Assembly: GCA_977017645.1 (NCBI GenBank)
Contig: OZ360241.1
Location: 70,618,001 to 70,682,000 of the forward strand
DNA: 64,000 bases
Source: Torpedo marmorata
Taxonomy: Eukaryota
Direction: 5' to 3'
A program made the translations under genes and the position numbers. The notes beneath the pieces are model-generated. The model was not told the origin of the DNA, did no database searches, and worked only from the letters and a program-made list of their open reading frames with translations. Each line of letters begins with the position of its first letter. Position 1 is the first letter of the stretch. Of this stretch, positions 11,491-22,917 are shown piece after piece.

Positions 11491-13283
11491 TATATTAAAA
11501 AGCAGAAGCAGCAGAGGCCTTTGCCCCACACATTTGCGCTCTACCATTCAGCTGTTCTTGCTGATTATTTACCTCAGCACTACTTTCCTGTACTAGCCCT
11601 TAAATTCCCTTAATATTCAATTTTTTTCCCATCTCTGTCTTGAAGTCCATAAGACATCGGAGCAGAATGAGGCCATTTGGCGAACACTTGGCTGTATTCA
11701 TCTTTCAGGCTAATTTTTATGGTCTGTATTAATTCAATCAATTAGTCATAGCCGTACAGCCCATTGTCCCACCCGTCCATGCCATCCTTTTTACCCACAT
11801 GAATCCCATTTGCCCAAATTAGGACTGTATCCTTCTATATACCTTGTATATTTAAGTGCCCATTGAAATGCCTCTTAAATGTGGTAATTGTATCTAATTC
11901 AATCACATCCTCTAACATAGCATTCCAGATATCAGCCACTCTCTGATTATACTGAATTTAGTGTCACTGTCAAGCGATTTGCTGTGAAGATTTAACATTC
12001 AGGAGGAAGATTTTATATGATCCATAATTATTCACTGAGCAAGTCAAATCGAACACTATTGCTCTCCATGAGAGGGAGAAAAACTAGCAGAGGAAGAATC
12101 AAGCATTGTCTGAGAATTTTGCTAGCTTTCAATGAGTAAGGCTGAGTGTGTTTCAGAAATAGTAAAGTTAAAGATAAAACCTATAGTGAAGTAAAATTGC
12201 TTCTATAAAATACATATTATATAAATTTAACTAGTCAGTTGGAAACAAGGCAGGATTTCACTGCAGGTGGGTCCCAAACCAACATCAATACATTAATTGA
12301 AGCTCAGATTTCAGATTTATTGTCCGAGTACATACATGACATCACATACAACCCTGAGATTCTTTTTTCTGCGGGCCAGGCAGAATTACCACTTATAAGC
12401 AAACTGAATAGATTGAGGTTAGGAAAGAAGAACTGGGATTTGTCTTTCGTTGTTTGTCTTACCTGAGACTTCACCAGATGGTAACTATCTTCAGCTTATA
12501 GCAATGCTGGATAAACGGGTAAATTAACAGTTGAAAGGTTATTTTTAGAATAAAGAGGTCGTTCCAGAATAAGAGCAGTTAATGTGACTAAACACGAAAG
12601 GGTATATAAATTATCAACTAGAAAGTTTGGATTGTGCTGTGTCAGTTTCCCACTGTAATCCATTTGATGAATGATTCAGAATCTGGTGACACAAAGGCAT
12701 CACCTGAGGATATACAAAGGAAAGAATCATAGAATAGTGGGAAATTTCAGCACTGAAATTTCAGATCAACCTCAAAGTGCTGAGATGTTATTTGCTGTGG
12801 GACCACAGGAATTCCATGCTGACTATGAATGATACGTACATTAAGTTGTTTTTATATTTCTGGAAAAAAAAACTATTGAAATGCAGAAACTAAATTCTTA
12901 AACCTATTAATTAGTCAGCTGATGGAGGAGGGAAATGGCACAGTCCAAGAGCTTGTGACGTGATTTTGAAATTGAAAAAATGTGTCTAATGTGAAACATT
13001 CTGGAGAATAAACTGCAGGAGACAAAGTATATGCAGGAGTTGCATTTCCTTTGATAAAAGTGGAAAATGTCCATAGTTACATGTCACATAAAAACAGTGT
13101 TATGAGTTTAAAAGAAACACAATCCACTGGTGCCTTTCATCTATTGATTCTGCTGACATCAGAAACAGCAAACTTGACATGGCAACAAGGTGAAGCAAAA
13201 TGCAGCAATTAAAATAAAGAAAATTCAATCGTGAGGTCATGACATGATAATTTTAAATTATAATTTTTTTTAATTAATTTAGA

Positions 13284-14346
13284 TTGGAGTTACTAGTTAT
13301 AAATAAATTTATTTCTCAAATGTATAGTTTGTTACAGAAAAAAATGCCTAAACCAGGAATTCATAAATCAAGATTAAAATGGGAATTAGATCTGAATGTA
13401 ACAATAGATGAGGAACATTGGAAAGAAATATGTAAACAAAGTATTTAATCCGACATTATCAGGTTTATGTTTAGATGTAACAGAGAGGAAGGTTATTTTG
13501 TACATTCTACGTGGTTTTGTCCAAAGATATATGATTTTTGGTTGAAAGTTAAAAAGTGTTTAGATGAAGTATTGAGAATTACACTCCCAATGGATCCTAT
13601 GATATTTTTGTTTGGAGATATTAAAAGAATTAGTATTAAAATGAAATTAAATATGCATCAAATAGAATTTTTGTTACTCTATCTTTTTCTTTCTTTTCTT
13701 TTATTTTATTTTATATTTTATTTTATTAGATTAGTGGGGTTGGGAGGGGAGGGTGGGAGGGGGGGTGAAAATGTATCACAAATATATTGATAATTTCATA
13801 TTTTATTTTATGTATTCTGTGATTTAAAATTTTAAATAAAATATTAAAAAAATATAGAATTTTGGCGAATTGCTTTAGCTGTTTCTAAGAAATGCATTGC
13901 TATTACATGGAAATCTGATGTAGATTTAGGGTTAGAAAGATGGCATGCAGAACTTCGTTCATGCATACCACTTGAAAAAATTACCTATAATTTACGTAAT
14001 AAATATCATTTCTTTTTGAAGGTATGGAGCCCATATATAAAAACTGTTGGTTTAAGGATTTGAAGATCTCTTGATATCGGGTCTGACTGGCAAACCTGTG
14101 TTCCACAATAAAATTAATTTATAGTTGTTTCTTTTAGAATGACATTCTCCACACTCTATTCTTTTTTCTTTCTTTTCTTTCTTTTTTAGTCGAGTCGAGG
14201 GGGTGGGTGGGTTAGGGAGGGGGAAGGGAGGGAGGGGAGGGTGAAAATATATCACATGTATTTTGATAATTTTGTTTTTTATAAACATGTATTATCGTGT
14301 GATTTGAAATTTTAAATAAAATATTTTAAAAATAAAAATTTTTAAA
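13284..14346 (+). mobile_element. 5'-truncated L1-clade LINE (same family as 4297-5174) with a nested L1-type 3' end at about 13674-13853
   Basis: Highly similar to the 4.3-kb copy. Candidate TSD aattaatttaga at 13272-13283 and 14347-14358. Confidence 0.85.
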
Positions 14347-14596
14347 AATTAATTTAGACATACAGCACGGTAACAGGCTATTTCGGCCCATGAGTCCGTA
14401 TCGCCCAATTACACCCAATTAACCTACAACCCCCGGTACGTTTTGAAGGGCGGGAGGAAACCGGAATTCCCGGGAAAAACCCACTCAGACACGGGGAGAA
14501 CATACAAACTCCTTACAGACAGCGTGGGATTCGAACCCCAGTCCCATTGCTGGCGCTGTAACAGCGTTGCGTTAACCGCTATAACTGTGCCGCCCC
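14347..14596 (-). mobile_element. tRNA-derived V-SINE (HE1-like)
   Basis: tRNA-like head with B box (ggttcgaatccc), V-domain (gtaaggagtttgta.gttctccccgtgtctg), CR1-like tail and AT-rich end. Confidence 0.88.
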
Positions 14597-14984
14597 ATTA
14601 AAATTTGTGTTAAACAATGCAATACGTTTTGCTTTTTGAACAGTTAGACCAAGGTTTCTGGTGGATCAGGGACAAGCAGGGATTGCAACTTGCTTGACTA
14701 CATGCTCCACTACATCACTTTTACCTCTTGCCGACTTCCACTCACTCACCAAGCCCATATGCAGTCAGACAAAAGTAGACCTGGGAAATATATCCCTGAC
14801 CGTACTTCCCATGATCTGCATCTTCAGAGCAATAATTGACCTTGGTGCCTTTCCAATTCTGGGAACTGAAATGGGCCGAGGGGTATCTCTGGTTGAACCT
14901 GTGCAGGAGATGTCAAGAAGAGTGGCGCGTGATGCAATTTTTTGTATCTCACCAGAGGCTTTGTGATAAAGGGATATCCTAAAT

Positions 14985-15253
14985 GGGGCGGACCGGTTAG
15001 CGTAGCGGTTAGCACAATGCTATTACAGCGCTAGCGATTGGGACCAGGGTTCGAATCCCGCGCTGTCTGTAAGGAGTTTGTACGTTCTCCACGTGTCTGC
15101 GTGGGTTTTCCCCGGGGGCTCGGGTTTCCTACCACCATTCAAAACGTACCGGGGTTGTAGGTCAATCGGGTGTAATTGGGCGGCACGGGCTCGTGGGCCG
15201 AAAGGGCCTGTTACTGTGCTGTATGTCTAAATTTAAAATTTAAAAAATTTAAA
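14985..15253 (+). mobile_element. tRNA-derived V-SINE (HE1-like)
   Basis: Full-length copy: A/B boxes, V-domain and gggccgaaagggcctgtta tail. Confidence 0.9.
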
Positions 15254-15283
15254 ATGTAACACCTCATTGATGGTACTGGAAAG

Positions 15284-16131
15284 GTTCAAGATTCAAGATT
15301 CAATTTATTGTCATAGCAATAAGACAGTGTCATATACCACGAAATTTCTTTTTGCCTGCTGCAAGGCAGACAGATTCGCCACGGGCAGAAATTGCCTAAG
15401 CGCCTCTAACATTCCTTACAGTCAGAGAAAGAGAAGCAAAAGAGAGTCCCCCCAGAGTCACCGAGTGTCCATAGATTCGCCTCCAGAGCTTCCGCAGCCA
15501 CACAGAGTCCAGTCCAAACGATCGGCATCCCAAGCTCCAGATCCGAACCTCCAACACGGTCAGGTCGCCCTCGGCACCCCTTCATATCCCGGTTCCGATA
15601 CCTGGTACTCCTCCAGCCAGTTCGAGCCAACCTCCAGCAGTCCGCAGCCCGGAGTGAGTCCCCCCGACAGCAGTCTCCAGAGCAGCCCACAGCCTCCGCG
15701 GGTTCCTCGCCTCGAGTCGCCAGCAGCCCGCCGCATGCACTGGTCCTTCAGCCTCAGAGCCCCTCACCGGTCCGCCGCTGTGCTCACCGTCCTGTGGGTC
15801 GTCTCCTCCGCTTCTCCTTCTCAGACGGGGGTGATCTTCCCGTCCACTGGTGCCCTGCTCCAGTCCCCCGCTTCCCCGGAGTCTGCAGCCCCTCGTGGCT
15901 GCTGCCGATTAATAGGCGCTGCCATCTTGGGCGCAGACCCCGCGGTCGCGGGATCTCAAATAAAACCACCGTCGGCTCCTTTAACTGGCCGTTCAAAGCC
16001 CGTGCGGAACCGACGGCAGTCGACTAGGCGGCTGGACCCCGCGGGAGCGCTGTATCTCCGCTCCCACGCTCCCCGCGGGTCCGCACCAGCGGCAGCGCTG
16101 CCGCTACAGCGGCTCCGGCAGCGCCGCCATT
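15284..16131 (-). mobile_element. GC-rich non-autonomous retroelement (about 850 bp) with a Rex/Babar-like (ttgaatc)n tail
   Basis: Colinear with 50307-51150. Minus strand starts atggcggcgc... and ends atgacaataaattgaatcttgaatcttgaa. Confidence 0.75.
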
Positions 16132-16397
16132 ACTTACACCTTCCCACCTGTCACCTTCCCAACTAAATTAAAGAAGGACTTGTATTTTTTAGAGCATCCA
16201 GCCCATGTTTTTGAAGTGTTGTAATGGAGGAAACGTGGGAGCTATCTTGTGCACAGCACGCTCCCATTAACCAACAAAATTGATGGGAACTTGATGGACC
16301 AACAAAAAATCTCAATGTGTCCAGTGCTTAACTTATCGATATGCATTTCTGATTGAGAGTCACGTTTTCCATTAATTCCTGTGTCTCACCCATCCAG

Positions 16398-16547
16398 ACC
16401 TGGCTGCTGTGCGGAACCAGGAACGAAATACAACTCCTCCAATGGATTTCCGGATGAGATGTTGAACTTTGTAAAGACTCATCCCCTGATGGATGATACA
16501 GTTCCCTCATTGAACCATGGACCATGGATTATAAAGACAACCATCAG
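16398..16547 (+). CDS. SEMA6B: SEMA6B-like coding exon: [49 protein letters not shown](R)
   Basis: Acceptor catccag| and donor |gtgaag; 150 nt, phase 2-2. Contains the semaphorin RPGCC and [11 protein letters not shown] motifs. Confidence 0.95.
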
Positions 16548-16736
16548 GTGAAGTTCAAGGTCACAGGTTTCTGGAGTATTTTAAAAGATGATCCCAATTT
16601 TTATTAATTTCTGAAATAGAGTCGTTAGATATCAGAGATTTCCAATCAGTTATAATCATGATCTAAGCTGTTGCAAATCAGACCATGATTCTGTTCTCTG
16701 CCCATTCCTATGCTGCTCCCATGAAATATTTGGCTT

Positions 16737-16966
16737 AAATTTAAATTTAAATTCAGACATACAGCACGGTAACTAGCCCTTCCCACCCACCTCACCCTAA
16801 TCCTAACCCAATTACACCCAGTTAACTACAACCCGGTATGTTTTTGAAGGGTGGGAGGAAACTGGAGCACCTGGAGGAAACCCACACAGACACGGGGAGA
16901 ACATACAAACTCTTTACATACAGCGGCAGATTCGAACCCGGATCTCTACGCTAACCATGCCACCCT
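16737..16966 (-). mobile_element. V-SINE (HE1-like), internally deleted
   Basis: V-domain and tail match the other copies. Confidence 0.8.
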
Positions 16967-18499
16967 TGTGGTAGTAATAGCAAATACATTTAAATTTGTG
17001 AATAGTGCAACTTTGCATCAGCACACATGTGTTTCAGATAAGCAAAGTGCAAATACAATCCAGTTATTAGATCCCAGCATAGCAACCTCTACAAAGCTGG
17101 GCAGTGTACAATACCTCACATGGGCAACCCCTCCACACTTTATCTTCTGAAGCCAATCTCTGTCTGAAACATGCCTACCTAATCCTGGCAAGTTTAGAAC
17201 CTTGGATGGAACTCATTATGAAGATCCTTACTCTCCTGATGTAAAAAGCAAGGAGCAAGCTATGCATTTTGGCTGACAGAGATTCATCTCACATCAGTAA
17301 CTCCAGGGTAATTTTCCTCATCCTTCACCTGAGAAAGTGGCAAATGTGAACAAAATAATTGTAAAACGTTGGCAGCAGTCATTGAGTTTAAACAGGTTTG
17401 GCACCATCAGAGTCAAATGGCAGGATTCAAAGGATCGTTTAACTTGTAAGGGAGTGAGATTCACATAAAATAAACACAAAGGTCTCCATTAATATCCACT
17501 CTCCTGAAATTTATCCAGACAATGCAAACATTTTTGTCTCTGAAAGAACAAGCAGAGTAACATCCAATTTGAACCAGGATGCAAAGTGTTGGGCAATGGA
17601 TTGGGCCACTGCTTGTTACAAAAGGCAATTTTTGCATCATTTGCTTTACTTGAATGATGAACATCAATTCCCCCACCCCATCCTTCCTCCACCCCCATAC
17701 TCTAGCTCATACTGCGTTTCAGCAGGGTATCTTCCCATTCATTTTAGTGACCTGGGTGTCAGAATAACAGAGCCACGAGAGGCCACTGCAGTTGAGACGA
17801 AGGTCTCACCAAATTGGCCGCAGTGATTGCTGAAACCATCCAAGCCCAGCGGCCTGCATCCCCGAGGAAAATGTGTTCAGGACCTGCTCCACTCTCCAGG
17901 GTCAATAGTTGATGCTCCGTGTTTAAACTTGCACATTTGAGCTTGTGCTCACAGCAATATCTGGGGATAGTTTAAGAGGCAGGAGAAGTGATGCATGAAG
18001 CTATACTGTTAGTATTTCATGCTTTGGACTGACAGGAAACATTAAGATGCATCTTTCGTGCTCCCGGTATAAATGTGAAAATATACTGGTGACTATTATT
18101 GCACTCTAAAGAACTGAGCAGAGTAGCGTATCTAATGCTGCAGGGATTATGTCTGGTAAGGCTTCTGATCTGTTCCATTGGCCTTGTTCCATACCCATAA
18201 TTGCAGATATCTTTCTATTGAAGCAGCTCCTTAACTAACCGATCTTGTTCCATGATCCTTCATGTAAACATTGAAGCAGAGAAATAACAGGTCACATGCA
18301 CGACTGCCTCTCAGCTGCAGTGATAACTGTAAGATATTGGACAGGTGAACAATGCAGAGATGTTGCTGGGTGTAAGGCTTTGGCCCACCTCACTGTTGCT
18401 TGAGCAGCCTCTACTTTCCAGCTCACTTTGATTTCCCCAAGTGTTTGAAAATGTCTTGATCTCAATCTCATAGCCACCCAGAGCAAAGAAATTCCTTTC

Positions 18500-18820
18500 C
18501 TCTCTATTCAAAGAGCTACCCCCTGCCCCTATCACCTCAACTTTTTTTTCTTCTACCCTCCCACCTATATCCACCTGAGACCTCTTGCCTGTTGGCCTAT
18601 GTTCCTACCCTTGCCTCTTCCTCCCTCCTCTTCTCTCCTCCCCCCCACCCACCTTTTTATTCAGGTGCCTGCCTGCTTTTTGCTCATACCTTGATAAAGG
18701 GCTGAGGCCTGAAACGTTGGTTACCCTTTGCTTCCTATAGATGCTGCATGACCTGGTGAGTTTCTCCCGCACTTTGGTGTATCGCCCTGCAATCACAGCA
18801 TCTGCAGACTTTCCTGTTTA
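18500..18820 (+). mobile_element. Penelope-like pLTR fragment
   Basis: cttgataaagggctgaggcctgaaacgttgg...gatgctgcatgacctg...gcatctgcagactt terminus. Confidence 0.7.
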
Positions 18821-20207
18821 AAATAATTAATGACTTGTGAGGAAGGAAATTTCCCCACACCTTAATCGTAAAGGACCCACCCTTTAACCTGTGAGCAGCC
18901 TCCTAGTTATAGACACTCAAGCCTGGGGAAATAGCATCTCAACATCTACATACATATCAACATCAACATCATGATAATTCTCTTTTCAGAAACTTGTTGG
19001 TCTTAAGAAGATCGCCTTTCATTCTAATGAACTCAAATGAGTATGTCACGTTTACTCAAACTCTCCTTATAATTTTCTAATCTCAAGAGTTAGTCACCAG
19101 AGGAAGATAGTTGACAGTCACAGCACCTCATCTTCTGCAGAAGTGGGTAATATTACACTGAATCCCAGTGGAAATTGCAATAACAAGTCCAAGAAACAAC
19201 ATTTGAAGATGCTAACTGTTGAATGGAACACAAAGATCAATGCTTTATTTACTAGTTTCCCATTCTTCTTCGTTCCTAGACTTGAAATGTAAACCAGCCA
19301 ATCCCTGTTCATTACAATGTCTGGTTCCTCCGTCATTCCAGTCATGGGTCCCCTATGTTGACATGCATACTTCTTTCAGAGGACTAAATAGTCTATGCAT
19401 AATTGTATATCAACAGCCTACCAACAGCTAACCATGCTTACATCTTGCCCCAGAGTCCTTCATTAACATTTCCCGATAATAAAATTGAATGGAGCGTGGA
19501 AGCACTTCACTATCGCAAATGCTGCAACACATGGTCACACAAGTGACCTCAAGGCTCAGTGAACTGAGCTGAAATTTCAGTAACAATTAGAAACTATACT
19601 GCCAATCAGCTTGGCATAAGCTTCTCATGTTCGCAGAATGAGGAATATTTTATAACTTCCTGATAATACCAAAAAAACCCTTAGCAATCTGCAGATCCTT
19701 ATATAAGTGTGCTGCAAATAGTCAGTGCTCATGATGCAGAAGGTCTTCTCTTTCTTGATGTCTGAAACAATTACCCTGGCAGAAAACAGAGGCTGGCAAA
19801 CTCCCAAATAGTATTCCTCTGTTTAAATAAACCTGAAATGTTAGTGCAGTTTTACAGCAATTATATGTTTGACAACATTGGATCTCTATTGTATAGATTC
19901 AGAAATATTCATTAAATTCTCTCCACTCTCCATCAGGCATACTAAGGAGAATTTATTGTATGCTTTGACTAACAGAATGAAAGATACTTCTCTTCGGAAT
20001 TAGATGTGATTGGTAAATGCTACAAAATTCAACATGTCGATTTAAAAGAGATTGATGATAGGCCATCTTTTGCTGTAATTTTGAGCAATATATTTAGGTT
20101 CTGAAGATAGAACTAAGGCTTGTGTCATGTTTTATTAAATATTTCTGGAAACTATTTAGCTTTTTACATCTTCTGTTATGTAATAAATGTCTTGCTTTGA
20201 TACCCAG

Positions 20208-20387
20208 GGATCGACTGAACAAGATTGTAGTGGATACAGAGGCAGGTCCCTTTAAGAATTACACTGTGGTATTCCTGGGCTCTGAAACTGGGATTATTCT
20301 CAAATTCCTTATTAGACCAACTACAAGTACAAACTTTGTCAATCGAAGCCTATTCCTCGAACATTTTGATGCTTACAGCCCAGAGAA
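20208..20387 (+). CDS. SEMA6B: SEMA6B-like coding exon: DRLNKIVVDTEAGPFKNYTVVFLGSETGIILKFLIRPTTSTNFVNRSLFLEHFDAYSPE(K)
   Basis: Acceptor tacccag| and donor |gtaagt; 180 nt. TVVFLGSE-G-ILKFL Sema motif; visible in ORF 20122..20391. Confidence 0.95.
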
Positions 20388-21177
20388 GTAAGTATTATTG
20401 TATTCTGATCTACATAAAGACATTGGTCAGTAATTACAAGGAGATAAGTACATATCAAAGATAGACAAAGGGACCTGAAATCCAATATTGAGACTTTGGT
20501 CGTATTCTAGTCTCTCTCTTCCCATTATTGCCTTGAAACACACACTTCATACAAGCACACAAAGTTACATTCTCACACACACACTTCATACAACCACATA
20601 ATTCATATATCTGTGCACACACTCCACATATACACTGACTCGCTCACACCATGATAAAATATAAAGGGTTACATTTGTCCACACTAGTTATTGTTTTTTC
20701 ATTGTTTATATTGTTTCCCCTCTTTTCTGTCCCAGTACAAAACATGTGTGTGCGTTTTACAAAGTCTTCATCTTCCTGTATGTTGATTTCAAAGTCATTG
20801 CTCCTTCTTCTACGCCAAGCTATTGGCCTTCCAAAAAGTCAAAGTCTGCTTTTTGCTTTGCATCTTACTCAGTACTTTCCTCCTTCCTGCTCTCTGCAGG
20901 CTTCACCTATCTTGATGTCTAGAATGATCCTACCTTCTCCCTTCGCCCTGTTCAGTCTTGTTGTCATACACTATGTGTGTCAGCGCTCCACCAGAGCATC
21001 GCAAAACCATCATTAGTAATCTTCAAAGAATGTATTGCTGCAGTGAGGCAGTAGAAATTCAAAACCATTGTTTATTTGGACAAAAATATTAAAGCAGTGA
21101 TGCTGCCTCTACACTAAAGGCAAGTGGGCCTAAAGATGAGATGGAAAATTGAAGAGAAAAGTGGCAAAAAGTGAGAA

Positions 21178-21660
21178 TGGTGCAATGCACAAACATGCTG
21201 GAGAATGCGGAACAGACTCGATGGGCCAAATGGCCTACTTCTGATCCTTTATCTTGTGATCTTGTGAACTCAGCAGGTCACACAGAATCCATAGGAAGTA
21301 ACGGGTAACCAATGTTTTGGGCCTGAGCCCTTTGTCAGGGTTACCCTTTACTTCCTACGGATGCTGTGTGACCTGCTGAGCTTCTCCCTTACGTTTGTGC
21401 ATGACACTTGACCCAAGCATCTGCAGACTTTCTTGTTCAACCACAAAAGTAAGAGTGAGCTCTGTTTTATGGTTGGAAAAAAAACAAGGTGTCAGAAGGC
21501 CTCTGGGAGCAATCCAATTCCAGCTAATCTTCACAGATTGCCTGCTCGGGACCTTTTTATTTCCAACTGCCGCCGAGACATCAACCGTCTCAACTTCACC
21601 ACCCCCCTCTCGTATTCCAACCTCACCTCCTCAGAACGCTCTGCCCTCCACTCTCCATTC
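21178..21660. mobile_element. Penelope-derived inverted (fold-back) terminus plus an N-terminal ORF fragment
   Basis: Inverted arms at about 21268-21310 and 21339-21381. Peptide DLFISNCRRDINRLNF...SNLTSSERSALHS resembles a Penelope ORF N-terminus. A short CR1 tail is inserted at about 21205-21266. Confidence 0.65.
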
Positions 21661-22191
21661 CCACGGTCGTGTAAAGAGCACAATTTCGAGTGTGGGCGAA
21701 GATGTAAAGAAAAATCAATTAGCGCCAAGCAAGGGCAGCATGATAGCGTTGTTGTGCGGTTCATTCAGGAGCCTGATGGCTGCGGCCTTTAAGCCTGTTG
21801 GCGTGTGCTTTCACACTCTTAAGCCTTCTCCCCTACGGGAGGAGGGAGAAACAGGTGTGTCCAGGGTGTGATTGGTCTTTCTCCATGTTGGCTGCCATTC
21901 CTAGGCATCAATTTACAGAGATGAATAACATTTGTAAAATTATATTCAAACCATTTTTTTAAAAAAAATCAATCAATACCATAAGCATCCACATAGATTG
22001 TACATGGGAAACTGTGTATTTAATAAGAATATAGATGATCCAGAGAAAGTGCTAAAAGAAACATTCAAAATTTCTAGGCTGTTTTCCAAGATCTGTAAAG
22101 ACAGCTGGAAAGGTTTGAGGTCTCCTTGGAGCAAAGAGAATTTTAAAAAGGCAAATGGTCCAGGTATTTTAAATGGTTGATAGGAATCAGA

Positions 22192-22266
22192 ATCAGAATT
22201 TATTGTCATGAACAAGTCATGAAATTCGGTGTTTTTCATGACTTGTTCATGACAATAAATTCTGAT
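22192..22266. repeat. Perfect 33-bp inverted repeat with a 9-nt loop, built from a LINE-type 3' tail
   Basis: atcagaatttattgtcatgaacaagtcatgaaa / tttcatgacttgttcatgacaataaattctgat. Confidence 0.95.
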
Positions 22267-22547
22267 ATATTGTCATGACTGACTGAATACAAAGTAGTCT
22301 TCTTTGAAATGAATGTGAAGCAATCTTTGCAATGCAGGCCTAAATAAAGAAATTAGGAGCAATCTATTTCAGACAGTCAGTATTTAGATTATATTGCAGT
22401 CACATCTCCATAAAGCACCTCAAGAGACAGTATTTCAAAGGGGGCAAAAACAAAGTGGGGAGAGGTAGAGAAAGTGGTAATTTGTAAGAAAGGTTCATTT
22501 ATTATTTTGTCATGTTGATAACTATTGACAGGATATAAAATGGAATT

Positions 22548-22790
22548 AAAGGTAAAGGTTCCATTATTGTCACGTAATACTACATAGAATACTACATAGA
22601 CTGTAAAATACATGAAATTCTTTAATTTTTGTCTACCGTAAGGCAGACAGAGAGTCACTACTTTGTCCAGCGCCCCTCACAGAAACCTACAGCACCTGGT
22701 GTTCCTTGGCGGTCTCCCCTCCAAGTACTGACCAGTCCTGCGCCTGCTTAGCTTCCGAGATCAGACAATCCCAGTTGTATTCAGGCTATT
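22548..22790 (-). mobile_element. 5S rRNA-derived SINE (SINE3-type) with a LINE-like tail
   Basis: Minus strand 22790-22683 resembles 5S (tctgatctcggaagctaagcagg...agtacttggaggggagaccgcc...accaggtgctgtagg). It is followed by about 135 nt of non-5S body ending gtgacaataatggaacctttaccttt. Confidence 0.8.
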
Positions 22791-22917
22791 GGTGCTGTGT
22801 TTATTAGTAATCCATATACTATAATTGCATCAAGAGTTCTATACACGTTTCACAGGGTAAATGTATGTATATATATCACAAGATATAACACAATGTAATG
22901 TTATATACCACACGATA

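Noticed and set aside
14985-15065. tRNA gene
   Set aside because: A and B boxes are present, but this is the head of a V-SINE repeated more than ten times in the window, with no complete cloverleaf.
15267-16166. 299-aa ORF on the + strand
   Set aside because: It is antisense to a GC-rich repeat, has low-complexity Pro/Ser/Arg composition, and is broken in the second copy at 50.3-51.1 kb.
22683-22800. Functional 5S rRNA gene
   Set aside because: The 5' end is diverged, there are many substitutions, it is not in a tandem array, and it is fused to a retroposon-like tail; treated as a SINE head.
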